From: Alphaproteobacteria bacterium
GTDB lineage: Bacteria > Pseudomonadota > Alphaproteobacteria > JANQMY01
Direction of reading: 5' to 3'
Assembly: GCA_028279895.1 (NCBI GenBank)
Contig: JANQMY010000071.1
Span: 1-61,798, forward strand
Length of the DNA: 61,798 bases
Both the position numbers and the translations under genes were made by a program. This document shows, one piece after another, positions 9,464 to 18,304 of the stretch. The notes under the pieces are model-generated. The model saw nothing but the letters and a program-made list of their open reading frames with translations, ran no database searches and had not been told where the DNA came from. How positions within the stretch are numbered: position 1 is the stretch's first letter; each line of letters starts with the position of its first letter.

Positions 9464-10234
9464 ATGACAGACAATGTTACGTTGCGTATCACTAGCCGCA
9501 CAGATATTATTAAAGTGCTCTCCAAACAACTAGGCGTTAGCTTGTTTTTTTCATTGAGCGGAACCGGTGAATTGACGAGATGCAGCTGCACAATACTAAT
9601 TCTCGGGCACCTTCCTTCGGCCGACAATCTCAACCGCCTCCGGTCTCGAGATATCGACATAGAGCCCATTACTGCCCAGCGTTGGCGCAGTCGTATCGCG
9701 GCGGCGGTCCCGCTGCTGCGATGTTTTGCACGCCTCGTTAGTGTTACATATTGTCCTACGACAATTCGGCATGCGCGTAGTGCAATGTTGCTTACCGAGT
9801 TGCTTGGAATTGAAGGCCCTGTTGCTGATGCTCGTTTGAACAATATTGATTATGGTGTGCACAAAGGCCATCCACTTGAGCTTACTCCCTCAAGAGCCGC
9901 AACACCTTCCATTCCCTATGAAGGCGGTGAGGCGTGGAGCGACGTGGCCACTCGGTGGCGCCAATTTTGCGCTGAAACTCTGCCACGACATGAGGGTGAG
10001 CTAGTACTATTGGCGGGGCAGTCGGGTACAGCCGCTCGAATGCTTCGACATATATGCGAGGGCGTTCCACTCCAAGATGTTCTGAAATCTCAGATACCAA
10101 GTATACCCTTTTTCTCGTCACATTGGGATTTTCCGACCGACGGTCTCTTGTGGCAATACAGTTGGATCGCTGATTGTGAACAGGGTGCGGTACAAAACCA
10201 GAACGGCTCCGGCTCCTCTAATGTAGATGCATGA
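9464..10234 (+). CDS. degenerate histidine-phosphatase (phosphoglycerate-mutase-like) domain protein; start uncertain
   Basis: The C-terminal half follows the family layout (IDYGVHKG, YEGGEAWSDVATRW, ELVLLAGQSGTAARML). The RHG motif and the second catalytic His appear replaced (ILGHL; AGQSG). Confidence 0.3.
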   Translation: MTDNVTLRITSRTDIIKVLSKQLGVSLFFSLSGTGELTRCSCTILILGHLPSADNLNRLRSRDIDIEPITAQRWRSRIAAAVPLLRCFARLVSVTYCPTTIRHARSAMLLTELLGIEGPVADARLNNIDYGVHKGHPLELTPSRAATPSIPYEGGEAWSDVATRWRQFCAETLPRHEGELVLLAGQSGTAARMLRHICEGVPLQDVLKSQIPSIPFFSSHWDFPTDGLLWQYSWIADCEQGAVQNQNGSGSSNVDA

Positions 10235-10367
10235 GCAGACGGAGTGTTAAAGGACCGTTGTTCCTAAATAGATCCTATCTCGGCCCCTTGATTACATCAG
10301 TGCCTAGAAGTATCAATTAATTGTAATCACCACGTTTGCTCTTTTTAGGACACCTAGGGAGGGAAGC

Positions 10368-12188
10368 ATGTGGAAGTTTCCGCCGAGCCAGGTCGAGCTG
10401 AGTCTCGTCGACGCAGTAAGTAAGGGAGAAATATGGAGTCCTTCCCACTACAGGGAATGGATGATTTCACATCGGCTCATGCCAAAAGCATTTAGTAAAT
10501 CTGGTGGTCAAAACAAACGCCGCAGACTGCTTAAAGACGAAGAGCCCGACAATCATGAACACCCGGCTGAGGTAAGTAATGGCGGAGATGCGATTCGTGC
10601 GGAATTCATCCGTGAGCTGATCCTAGGTCGAGTCTCGGAAGAGGATTGTCCCACGTGGCATGATGAGAGTGGCATACGTATTGGTGACGCCGTAATTATT
10701 GGCACGTTCGACTTAACATCAATAGATTACGACAAACCTATTGAAATCATAAACAGCAGTTTTGAATCCATCATTTTCCTGCGCAACGCACGTCTACGGC
10801 AAGTCCGTCTTACTGGGTGCAAGGTACCCAGCATCGAGGCTGAAAATGTGCATATTGATGGTAACTTCGAACTGACGCTAGTTAGAACGGGTGCTATTTC
10901 ACTCCTTAATGCTAAGTTGAAGGGGACGCTTAATCTTAAAGGCGCCGTTCTCAAGCCAGAAAATGGCAATCACATCGGGCCGGTGCTTAACTGCGAAGGA
11001 GCTGAGTTTGGTGCATCGGCCTTGCTTCATCGAGGCTTCATTGCTGAAGGAGAAGTGAGCTTAGTCCTTGTGCAGATTAATGGCCATCTTTCCTGTTCGG
11101 GTGGCACGTTTCGGAATGCAGGTGGGAAGGCGCTCCATTGCAATTCGGCAAGGATAGGAGGTAGCGTTCTCCTCCGTGAGGGGTTTGAATCTGTGGGCGA
11201 GGTAAACTTTGTCCGAAGCAGAATTACGGGCAATTTGCATTGCCATGACGCCTCGTTTGAAGATGTCGAAGGTATCGCCGTTGAATTGCGGTCCTGCCAG
11301 ATCGAAGGGGTCTTTTACTTCTGCGAATTAAGAAAAATCAAAGGCATGTTGAACCTTCGGGATACCAAGACAAAGAGTTTTGCTGATGATGGAACGGGCT
11401 GGCCGGGAAAGAACAAGCTCGTCCTCGACGGCTTCGAGTATGAATCCTTCACAGAATCATATATTGATGGCGCCCAACGGACGGTAATAGACGCTAAGCG
11501 AAGACTCCACTGGATACTATGTCAGCCCAATAACGACTTGCAGGGGGATTTCAAACCTCAGCCGTGGACACATTTATCCAAGGTGTTGCGAGAAATGGGG
11601 CATAGTCAGAACGCTAGGTTCATACTGCGCAAGCGATCCTCATGGCGTTTTCATCATGGCCCGCGCAAATGGTGGAATTGGATCGAGTGGCCGTTCCGAC
11701 TCGTTTTCTGGGGCTGGCTCACTGGTTACGGCTATGCATTACGTCGGCCAATTGTAGTTATCGTTGCCATTTGGTCGATCGGTTGGGTCATGTTCTCTGT
11801 AGCCCAGGACACTGGACTAATGCGTCCGGCCCCTGCAATCGCCGTACTTGATAGTGAATATCTCGAGCGCGCAAGGGCTGCAAACTCAATGTATGAGAGC
11901 TTTGAGCCCTGGCTTTATTCATTGGACGTATTTCTCCCCTTTGCGACTCTTCACCAGGAAAGCAATTGGATTCCACACGACGCGGGTGACATATCCGTAG
12001 ATTTGCGCAAAACCTATCCCGGACTTGTCAAACTGCCCAATTCATTTCAACCTTGGGTGAGTTGGGCGGAACGTGAACTTGAAGCAGGTGCAATAAAGAA
12101 ATGGTTCTGGTTCCAGATAGTCGCGGGCTGGATTCTGATGTCCATCGTCATTGTGGGCTTCTCCGGCCTTCTCAGGCGGGAGGAGTAG
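10368..12188 (+). CDS. membrane protein with N-terminal repetitive (beta-helix-like) domain and C-terminal TM helices
   Basis: A GGGAGGG Shine-Dalgarno lies upstream of the ATG. There are tandem 49-aa repeats at residues 207-304. Hydrophobic helices are LVFWGWLTGYGY..VVIVAIWSIGWVMF and FWFQIVAGWILMSIVIVGFSGLL. Confidence 0.7.
   Translation: MWKFPPSQVELSLVDAVSKGEIWSPSHYREWMISHRLMPKAFSKSGGQNKRRRLLKDEEPDNHEHPAEVSNGGDAIRAEFIRELILGRVSEEDCPTWHDESGIRIGDAVIIGTFDLTSIDYDKPIEIINSSFESIIFLRNARLRQVRLTGCKVPSIEAENVHIDGNFELTLVRTGAISLLNAKLKGTLNLKGAVLKPENGNHIGPVLNCEGAEFGASALLHRGFIAEGEVSLVLVQINGHLSCSGGTFRNAGGKALHCNSARIGGSVLLREGFESVGEVNFVRSRITGNLHCHDASFEDVEGIAVELRSCQIEGVFYFCELRKIKGMLNLRDTKTKSFADDGTGWPGKNKLVLDGFEYESFTESYIDGAQRTVIDAKRRLHWILCQPNNDLQGDFKPQPWTHLSKVLREMGHSQNARFILRKRSSWRFHHGPRKWWNWIEWPFRLVFWGWLTGYGYALRRPIVVIVAIWSIGWVMFSVAQDTGLMRPAPAIAVLDSEYLERARAANSMYESFEPWLYSLDVFLPFATLHQESNWIPHDAGDISVDLRKTYPGLVKLPNSFQPWVSWAERELEAGAIKKWFWFQIVAGWILMSIVIVGFSGLLRREE
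10986..11279 (+). repeat. two tandem 49-codon repeats inside the 10368-12188 CDS
   Basis: LNCEGAEFGASALLHRGFIAEGEVSLVLVQINGHLSCSGGTFRNAGGKA aligns without gaps to LHCNSARIGGSVLLREGFESVGEVNFVRSRITGNLHCHDASFEDVEGIA. Weaker flanking copies are present. Confidence 0.6.
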
Positions 12189-12199
12189 CGCAACTGAAT

Positions 12200-12937
12200 A
12201 TGGAACGTGCCCTCCCGATGCGCCGCGTTACCCCATTCTCGGGGCCACTTGAGACACATTCGACAATATTCGATAGCCCCTTAGTTCTAAGAGCGATGAT
12301 CATGAACGCGGGCGTCGTCAAAGTTCGAGGGTGGTTCGGTACCGAAGAAGAGTTTGTTGAGCTTGGTTGCCGGCTCGGTGCACTAGAGCGAGCCTCGCCT
12401 AAAGATTCGCGTCATTTAGGAAGACTCTTCAGAGTGAAATCGCGTCCGGGCGATTCAGTTGGTGTCGGTCGGTACTGGCATGCTGACGGCTTCGCAGGTA
12501 CAAGCGCACCGGCGCTGATAACCATATATCATGTTGTTAAGGGAACATCTTCTGTAAGCAACACATCTTTTGTCGATGGGTATGCCGCATGGTCAAACCT
12601 TAATAACCCACTTCGTGCTCTTATTTGCGATCGTTGGTGGGCTCACGCGAGTGGCTCCAGGCATCGGTTTGTTGTTGATCATCATAAACATCAATGTCCA
12701 ACTATCTCTGTGAACTTGGGAAAGATCTCGTCGATTCAGGGAATGAATGGCGTCGCTGTCAAGCGAACGGTATCAAGGATAGCGACAGCTTTAGATCTAG
12801 AGCCAAGGTATGTACACAGATGGACTCCAGGTGATGTTCTCCTCGTTGATAATCGTCGCATGTTGCACCGTGGCCCGGACAAAGTTGACCGAGAGCGGAT
12901 TCTATGGCGAACCTCGGTGATCAAGTATTCAATTTAG
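12200..12937 (+). CDS. TauD/TfdA-family Fe(II)/2-oxoglutarate dioxygenase-like protein
   Basis: H-x-D in RYWHADGF about 94 residues after the chosen ATG. Distal motif WTPGDVLLVDNRRMLHRG. The ORF-track start at 12101 overlaps the upstream gene, so I rejected it. Confidence 0.7.
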   Translation: MERALPMRRVTPFSGPLETHSTIFDSPLVLRAMIMNAGVVKVRGWFGTEEEFVELGCRLGALERASPKDSRHLGRLFRVKSRPGDSVGVGRYWHADGFAGTSAPALITIYHVVKGTSSVSNTSFVDGYAAWSNLNNPLRALICDRWWAHASGSRHRFVVDHHKHQCPTISVNLGKISSIQGMNGVAVKRTVSRIATALDLEPRYVHRWTPGDVLLVDNRRMLHRGPDKVDRERILWRTSVIKYSI

Positions 12938-12944
12938 AGGATAA

Positions 12945-13925
12945 TTGACGGCAAATACGATGCTCACAACGTCATCAAATCCAACTCCCCTCCTTGCGCT
13001 GGGAAGAGTGGGGCGACACGCACAAGTTTTTCTTAAAGATGAGTCTGTCCATCCGACGGGCACTTTTAAAGATCGGCTTTCTTCCGCTGCAGTTGGACGG
13101 TCCGATGGTGATGTACTGTTCGGTTCCATCAGCTACGGTAACACCGCTATCAGTTTCGCCCGCGCATGCGCCAAGCTATCGTGGGCGAGGTTTGTGGGCT
13201 TTGTCCCTCCTGACTTTGCAGCTTGGACCTTTGGTCCCTCTAGCACTGGCAGTTTCGCCACAGGGCAAGACTTCATAGATCAAATACGCTCGTATGGTGG
13301 CGCAATCCTTGAGGTAGACCTTTCAGAAGCAATCCTGGCCGACGATGATCTAGCTACTCTGGCCTGTGATGCTGGTCTCTTAAACGATAGTTGCTTTGTG
13401 AACGTAACGGAGGGACTGGAGTATCCTGCATACGGTTCAATTGCTTTGGAAGCACTCGAGCAGCTGGATGCGCCTCCAAATATCTGCGTTGTGCAGTTTG
13501 GAGCGGGGATCCTTGCGAACGAGATTAGAGACGTTTTCGAGCGCTTATCAAGTCAAACAGTCGTTATACCGATTAGCACACCTGATCCTCGTTCTTTAGC
13601 GCGCATGTTGTATGGACCCATTTGGCTCGACGTATTGTCGCTAGAGGCTGCGGGTACTAGCATGAGTAGGCACGCGTCACCGGATCGGACTGGCGTTATT
13701 CGCGATCCTTACGCCGTGTACATGGTTTCTGAAGATCAGATACAACAAGGATTAAGCATCGCGCGTGATTTTGGTATATCTGCAGAACCGTCCGGCTCAG
13801 CTGGTCTAGGATTTCTGGATGCGATCGAAACGATAGTGCCTAACTACGACCCGGAGACCGATCGAGTTCTTGTAATAAATACCGGCAATGGCATTGATCG
13901 GCTTACTGAACTCGAAAAGTCATGA
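12945..13925 (+). CDS. fold-type II PLP-dependent enzyme (cysteine synthase / threonine synthase / Trp-synthase-beta-like)
   Basis: Schiff-base lysine motif HPTGTFKDR. Also SISYGNTAISFA and the glycine loop QFGAGILANE. Confidence 0.75.
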   Translation: MTANTMLTTSSNPTPLLALGRVGRHAQVFLKDESVHPTGTFKDRLSSAAVGRSDGDVLFGSISYGNTAISFARACAKLSWARFVGFVPPDFAAWTFGPSSTGSFATGQDFIDQIRSYGGAILEVDLSEAILADDDLATLACDAGLLNDSCFVNVTEGLEYPAYGSIALEALEQLDAPPNICVVQFGAGILANEIRDVFERLSSQTVVIPISTPDPRSLARMLYGPIWLDVLSLEAAGTSMSRHASPDRTGVIRDPYAVYMVSEDQIQQGLSIARDFGISAEPSGSAGLGFLDAIETIVPNYDPETDRVLVINTGNGIDRLTELEKS

Positions 13926-14995
13926 GATTGATACACATAGATCCAACCGAACACCGAAAGCCACTCCCTCTTGTTGAGCTTGCTAACCTCGAGGCTTTGA
14001 TTCAACCGACCTTAGAGCAAATCGAGCCCGAGAACGGATCGGTCGCAACTTTCAGTGCAAATATCAAAGTCAAATTGTACAGCGACAGCGCTCATCTCCG
14101 TCAATTTTTTGCCCACAACTGGGGGAAAACGCTGACATCCAATGAGACGTCCCTGGGCGACGTGTGTGTTGTCGCACTCCGGTCCGATTTGGTGGACGGA
14201 GCACCAGAAATTCTGCCCGGGCGTCGATATGTTGATCCGGAAAGAAGAATTATTGTCAGCGTTGGTAGTGAATACTACGGGAACGTCAAAGTTTCAGTCA
14301 GAGGGTTGTGTTCGTCATTAGTTCGCCGAAAGAATTGTGGTGGTTTTTTGCACGGTGCATCAATGAATGTTGACGGGGCTGGAATCGTCGTCTGTGGAAC
14401 GTCTGGAGCGGGAAAAACAACGGCAACTCGAGCACTGATGGACTTTTACCCTGATGGGATAAGAATCATTAATGACGACTGGGGATGGGCCGATCACGAG
14501 ACAGCGACAATAGCGTTCACCGGTGAGCCGCGAATTCACATGAAATATCGTAGTGTGCGAGCCATTGCTCCGCATTTGAGGCCGTCACCAGCTTGTTATC
14601 TTTCCGAGAATTTTGAAGGAAATGAGGAAGATCCTCACGCTAGATTGCTAATTCGCCGAGAAGAGGTATTCGAATCGGGTGTTTCCGATTCTTCTTCATT
14701 CGATGGGTTAATCGTGATTTTGCGCGATGAATCAAAGGCGTTCTTTACGCGCCCCATGGAAGTGAGCGATCTGGATCTACTCGAGATCGCGGAATACTCA
14801 GCTTTCTATGATCGGCATGAGCGTTTTATGGATGGATCACTGCTGCTAGTTGATCAGGCTGATCTTGATTCAGAACGGCATCGATTTCGGCTCCTTCTAG
14901 AGAACATTCCTGCTGTTCTCGTAAACAACGTGGCGTCACCAAGACGCATAGCGCAAGAACTGCAGCTTCAGCTTGATCGCCTGGGAGTCCTGTAG
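13922..14995 (+). CDS. HPr-kinase C-terminal-domain-like P-loop kinase
   Basis: LHGASMNVDGAGIVVCGTSGAGKTTATRAL matches the HprK_C pattern (hG..v.v.G.GvLi.G.SG.GKS). Its ATG overlaps the upstream stop as ATGA at 13922-13925. Confidence 0.7.
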   Translation: MRLIHIDPTEHRKPLPLVELANLEALIQPTLEQIEPENGSVATFSANIKVKLYSDSAHLRQFFAHNWGKTLTSNETSLGDVCVVALRSDLVDGAPEILPGRRYVDPERRIIVSVGSEYYGNVKVSVRGLCSSLVRRKNCGGFLHGASMNVDGAGIVVCGTSGAGKTTATRALMDFYPDGIRIINDDWGWADHETATIAFTGEPRIHMKYRSVRAIAPHLRPSPACYLSENFEGNEEDPHARLLIRREEVFESGVSDSSSFDGLIVILRDESKAFFTRPMEVSDLDLLEIAEYSAFYDRHERFMDGSLLLVDQADLDSERHRFRLLLENIPAVLVNNVASPRRIAQELQLQLDRLGVL

Positions 14996-17280
14996 TGAAA
15001 CAGGACGGGCGACGAGTCGCTTTGTTGAAGAGCCGTCGACTCGCCATTGAGCTTGATCAGGCGTACGATGGCGGGTCAGTGCACGTGGTCAAACAGATAA
15101 AGTCTCTTTGTGCGAACGGTTACGAGGTGGACGCGTTTGCGAGAAGTGAGACCGGAAGAAACCAGCCTCCAGTTGAAATATCATCCAAGTTAAGAGTTTG
15201 GCATGTCGCGTTCACGCCCTGCGATTCGAAAGACTTTTTCGTTCGCGACCTTATTGAAGGTCGTAGTTTTGTTCAAAACGTCCTTGCGTCTTCTGGTTTC
15301 GCGGCGGCGCATTTTGATGCGATCCAAATTCATCACTGGACTTCAGGCGTGAACATTCATGAAGCACTTCCTGAGACGATTCCGATAGCATTTACTCCCC
15401 ACCTGCTGCCAACTGAAAAGGCCCTTGCCAACGGCGTGCCTCTTCCGAGTAGCGTGGTGGATGTTGAGCGAGGTTTGTTAGCCCGCGCGGATATCACGGT
15501 TGCTGTGTCTCGGGCAGAAGAACAGTCCTGTCGTCGTTTAGGGGGGCATCGCGTAAAACGAATAGCCAATGGTGTTAGCGACGCATTCTTCCGACTCCCG
15601 GTCTCCAGAAAGCCCACCTCAGGCGAAGCAGTAAGGCTGGGTAGTATTGGCCGTATGTGCGCACAGAAAGGCACAGACGTTTTGCTCGATGCAATGGAAC
15701 TCCTAGTCGCTCGAGGAGTTAATGCTTACCTTGACATTGTCGGTCCGTCTTACGGCGAGGACGAATTCGAGTGCAACATCAGACAGCGTCTTCTCGATCC
15801 CATGCTTTCAGGACGAGTTCGCTTGCTTGGTGCAGTCAGCCACGAATTACTCCCATCAATCGTTGCAGAGTGGCATGTCTACCTTCAGCCTTCTCGCTAT
15901 GAAAGCCAGGGAACCGCATTACTAGAAGCTATGGCGGCCAGCCGCTGCGTTGTAGCTACCTCATTGTCGGCAATAACAGAGTTTTTGAATGATCGCATCG
16001 GATTTCTCGTTCCCGCTCCTCCAGACGGAGAAGCGGTTGCGGAGGCAGTTTTCGATGCTCTCCAATCTTCAACGTGGGAGACTCAGGTTCGAGGTGCGCG
16101 TAACGCTGCAATGCCGTTTCGTTGGAAGCGGTCAACCAGCGAATTGTCCGAATGTCTGTCCGCCTTGATTGAAAGAGCAGATTGGCGCGACCGAAACAAG
16201 ACGGCTAAACTCAGCCACGATTTCCAGGAGCAAGGCCGGAAGATCGCACTAAAGATTGCAAAAGGCGTTCCTATCGCGGGAATTTTCCTCTTAGGCAGCG
16301 CTGCCCGCGGTGAGGTGCGCCCAGGTAGCGACATAGATTTGTTGATGTTGCAGGACGGTGGGCAACGATCTGATCAGGATTGGCGGTTTACACAGTTTGC
16401 GCCAGTCGACATTCGATGGGAAACCACAGAGTATGTCCATCGCTTGTGTGCGATGTCCAATGATGAGCTAGCCGATGCGGTGGCACAGCGACCACTGGTT
16501 GATTATCTATGTGGCGCGCGCGAACTAACATGCATTGGACAAGACTTGGCAGATGTTATAGCGCTGCTGCGGCAGCGACGATCCAGTAGTGAAGTTAAGT
16601 TCCTAGTCGCAAATCGAATGCTGGCACAGGCGAGTACGATTTTCGACAAAGCCGTACAATTAACCCATCAGGGTCTAATTGCTGATGCGCAAATCAAAAT
16701 TAACGCCGGCGCTCAGCTAATTCTACAAGCCTCGTTAGTCCAAAATGGTTGGATGATACAAGGCGCAAAACGTCGCTTGGAAGCTGCTGCGTCGTACGCC
16801 CCATTTTCTGTGTCAGTGCGACACGCCGCTTCGTTCTTGACGGCAGCTGTCGGTATTGATGGCGTTACATACGAGCACGCAAGACGACTGATCACTGCAC
16901 GGACACAAATGCGCGTGGAGCATGTTAAGTGCTTGGAAAAGCTTGGAGTGGATTCAACGGAGATTGCCATTGCTCGCCGTCACGCTCAAGGCGTGACTGA
17001 CTATTACTCCCCAGCGATTTCTGATGGGTACCTGAAGGGTTGCATCAATCACATCAAATCACTCTCGGGAGTTCCTTTGATGACTGCACATTATACAAGG
17101 TTGCTGAATCTTGACCCCAATGCGCCCGCTCAGTCTTTCTTGTCTTGTGCTGATATCTCGACGGAAGTGCAGAACCTCTGGCTGACGGTCGTGGACCCCC
17201 ATGAATTGGAGGCATTGTCCGAATTTGCGGCAATCGGGAGTCGATTCGCTCGAGAGCTTATACCGAGTGTAACCAACTAA
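14995..17280 (+). CDS. GT4-family glycosyltransferase fused to a nucleotidyltransferase (MNT/pol-beta-type) domain and helical C-terminal region
   Basis: GT-B signature YLQPSRYESQGTALLEAMAASRCVVAT. NTase signature LLGSAARGEVRPGSDIDLLML. The GTG start overlaps the upstream TAG as TAGTG at 14993-14997. Confidence 0.8.
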   Translation: MKQDGRRVALLKSRRLAIELDQAYDGGSVHVVKQIKSLCANGYEVDAFARSETGRNQPPVEISSKLRVWHVAFTPCDSKDFFVRDLIEGRSFVQNVLASSGFAAAHFDAIQIHHWTSGVNIHEALPETIPIAFTPHLLPTEKALANGVPLPSSVVDVERGLLARADITVAVSRAEEQSCRRLGGHRVKRIANGVSDAFFRLPVSRKPTSGEAVRLGSIGRMCAQKGTDVLLDAMELLVARGVNAYLDIVGPSYGEDEFECNIRQRLLDPMLSGRVRLLGAVSHELLPSIVAEWHVYLQPSRYESQGTALLEAMAASRCVVATSLSAITEFLNDRIGFLVPAPPDGEAVAEAVFDALQSSTWETQVRGARNAAMPFRWKRSTSELSECLSALIERADWRDRNKTAKLSHDFQEQGRKIALKIAKGVPIAGIFLLGSAARGEVRPGSDIDLLMLQDGGQRSDQDWRFTQFAPVDIRWETTEYVHRLCAMSNDELADAVAQRPLVDYLCGARELTCIGQDLADVIALLRQRRSSSEVKFLVANRMLAQASTIFDKAVQLTHQGLIADAQIKINAGAQLILQASLVQNGWMIQGAKRRLEAAASYAPFSVSVRHAASFLTAAVGIDGVTYEHARRLITARTQMRVEHVKCLEKLGVDSTEIAIARRHAQGVTDYYSPAISDGYLKGCINHIKSLSGVPLMTAHYTRLLNLDPNAPAQSFLSCADISTEVQNLWLTVVDPHELEALSEFAAIGSRFARELIPSVTN

Positions 17281-17411
17281 ATTCGTCACCCCACGCAAGA
17301 CTATCCCTTTCACGAAGGATTTGTGGAATACTTGACAAATGAAGATGGCAACTATGAAACCATCGTAGCTACGTCTAAAAGTCTTCCCCATAGGCGACTG
17401 TAAGAATACTA

Positions 17412-18185
17412 ATGATTTATGATTGGGATGAGATCTCCATACGAATCCTTAAGTGCTGTAACAAAGAGAATAGCACTCAAATTTGGTTAGTTAGACATGG
17501 GCAAACCGATTTCAATGTTTGTCGTGTTTTCTCGGGACAGTCGGAGGCTATGCTAACGCAAAGGGGGCTAACAGAAGCAAATAAACTGAGGAAACAGCTT
17601 CCAGAGGCAATTGACCAAATTTGGTGTAGCCCTCTTCAGCGTGCCCTCGACACTATGACACTCGCTTTCAGTCATGTTCCCCTAGAAAAAGTAGCCACAT
17701 ATGATGACACGGTGAATTTGGCTTTCCAAAAGATGTCGTTAGAAACTCGAATTGGTCATTTGGGTTCTCTTGCCTGGGTTAATGGGTCAAGCTCGGATAG
17801 ATCTTTTGAGGCTGTTCTCTCGAGAGTCCATATTGATTCACGATTCATGGAAATCTCTCTTGGGGATCTTGAGGGCAAACCATTTAGCGTTGTTACGGCC
17901 GGTGGCAACCACAGTTTAGACTACCGTCCTTCTGGCGGGGAAAGTTACAGGGAGTTTGGGCGGCGAGTGATGTCCGCGTTTTGCGAAGTTCTAGAATCGG
18001 CTGACGGAGCTTCATCGCCACACATCGTAATTTTCACCCATGCCGGTGTGATCAGAGTGCTGCAGTCCTTAGCTGGCCTGTATAGAACTTCGCAAGATAT
18101 GCTGTACAGTTCACCGCAAAACGCCAAACCAGTTCGACTTAGTGTTGCAAGTCTATCTATTCCGAGCTACTGGCGAATTGCATAG
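17412..18185 (+). CDS. histidine phosphatase family protein (phosphoglycerate-mutase-like), apparently intact
   Basis: IWLVRHGQTDFN (RHG motif), SPLQRALDT, GGESYREF and IFTHAGVIRV (second His). Confidence 0.8.
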   Translation: MIYDWDEISIRILKCCNKENSTQIWLVRHGQTDFNVCRVFSGQSEAMLTQRGLTEANKLRKQLPEAIDQIWCSPLQRALDTMTLAFSHVPLEKVATYDDTVNLAFQKMSLETRIGHLGSLAWVNGSSSDRSFEAVLSRVHIDSRFMEISLGDLEGKPFSVVTAGGNHSLDYRPSGGESYREFGRRVMSAFCEVLESADGASSPHIVIFTHAGVIRVLQSLAGLYRTSQDMLYSSPQNAKPVRLSVASLSIPSYWRIA

Positions 18186-18304
18186 TGGCCTGCAACCCGA
18201 CAACCATCAAATTTGGGTGCCAAGCTACCTTATGATTGTTGGTAAATAGAGGGCGATTGCGGAGTTTTTCATCCAATGTGCTGGAGCATATTTGCTCCGT
18301 GCCT

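Noticed and set aside
12101-12199. Upstream extension of the TauD-like ORF
   Set aside because: It overlaps the end of the preceding membrane gene by 88 nt. Using the ATG at 12200 places the H-x-D motif at the usual distance from the N-terminus.
13922-17280. Lasso-peptide / RiPP cluster
   Set aside because: HprK-like kinase plus NTase is reminiscent of lasso tailoring. However, no asparagine-synthetase-like cyclase, transglutaminase-like peptidase, PqqD-like RRE or obvious precursor ORF is present.
17331-17360. TTGACA ... TATGAA as a promoter for the intact histidine phosphatase gene
   Set aside because: The spacer is about 15 nt and the -10 box is weak. I cannot support it without TSS data.
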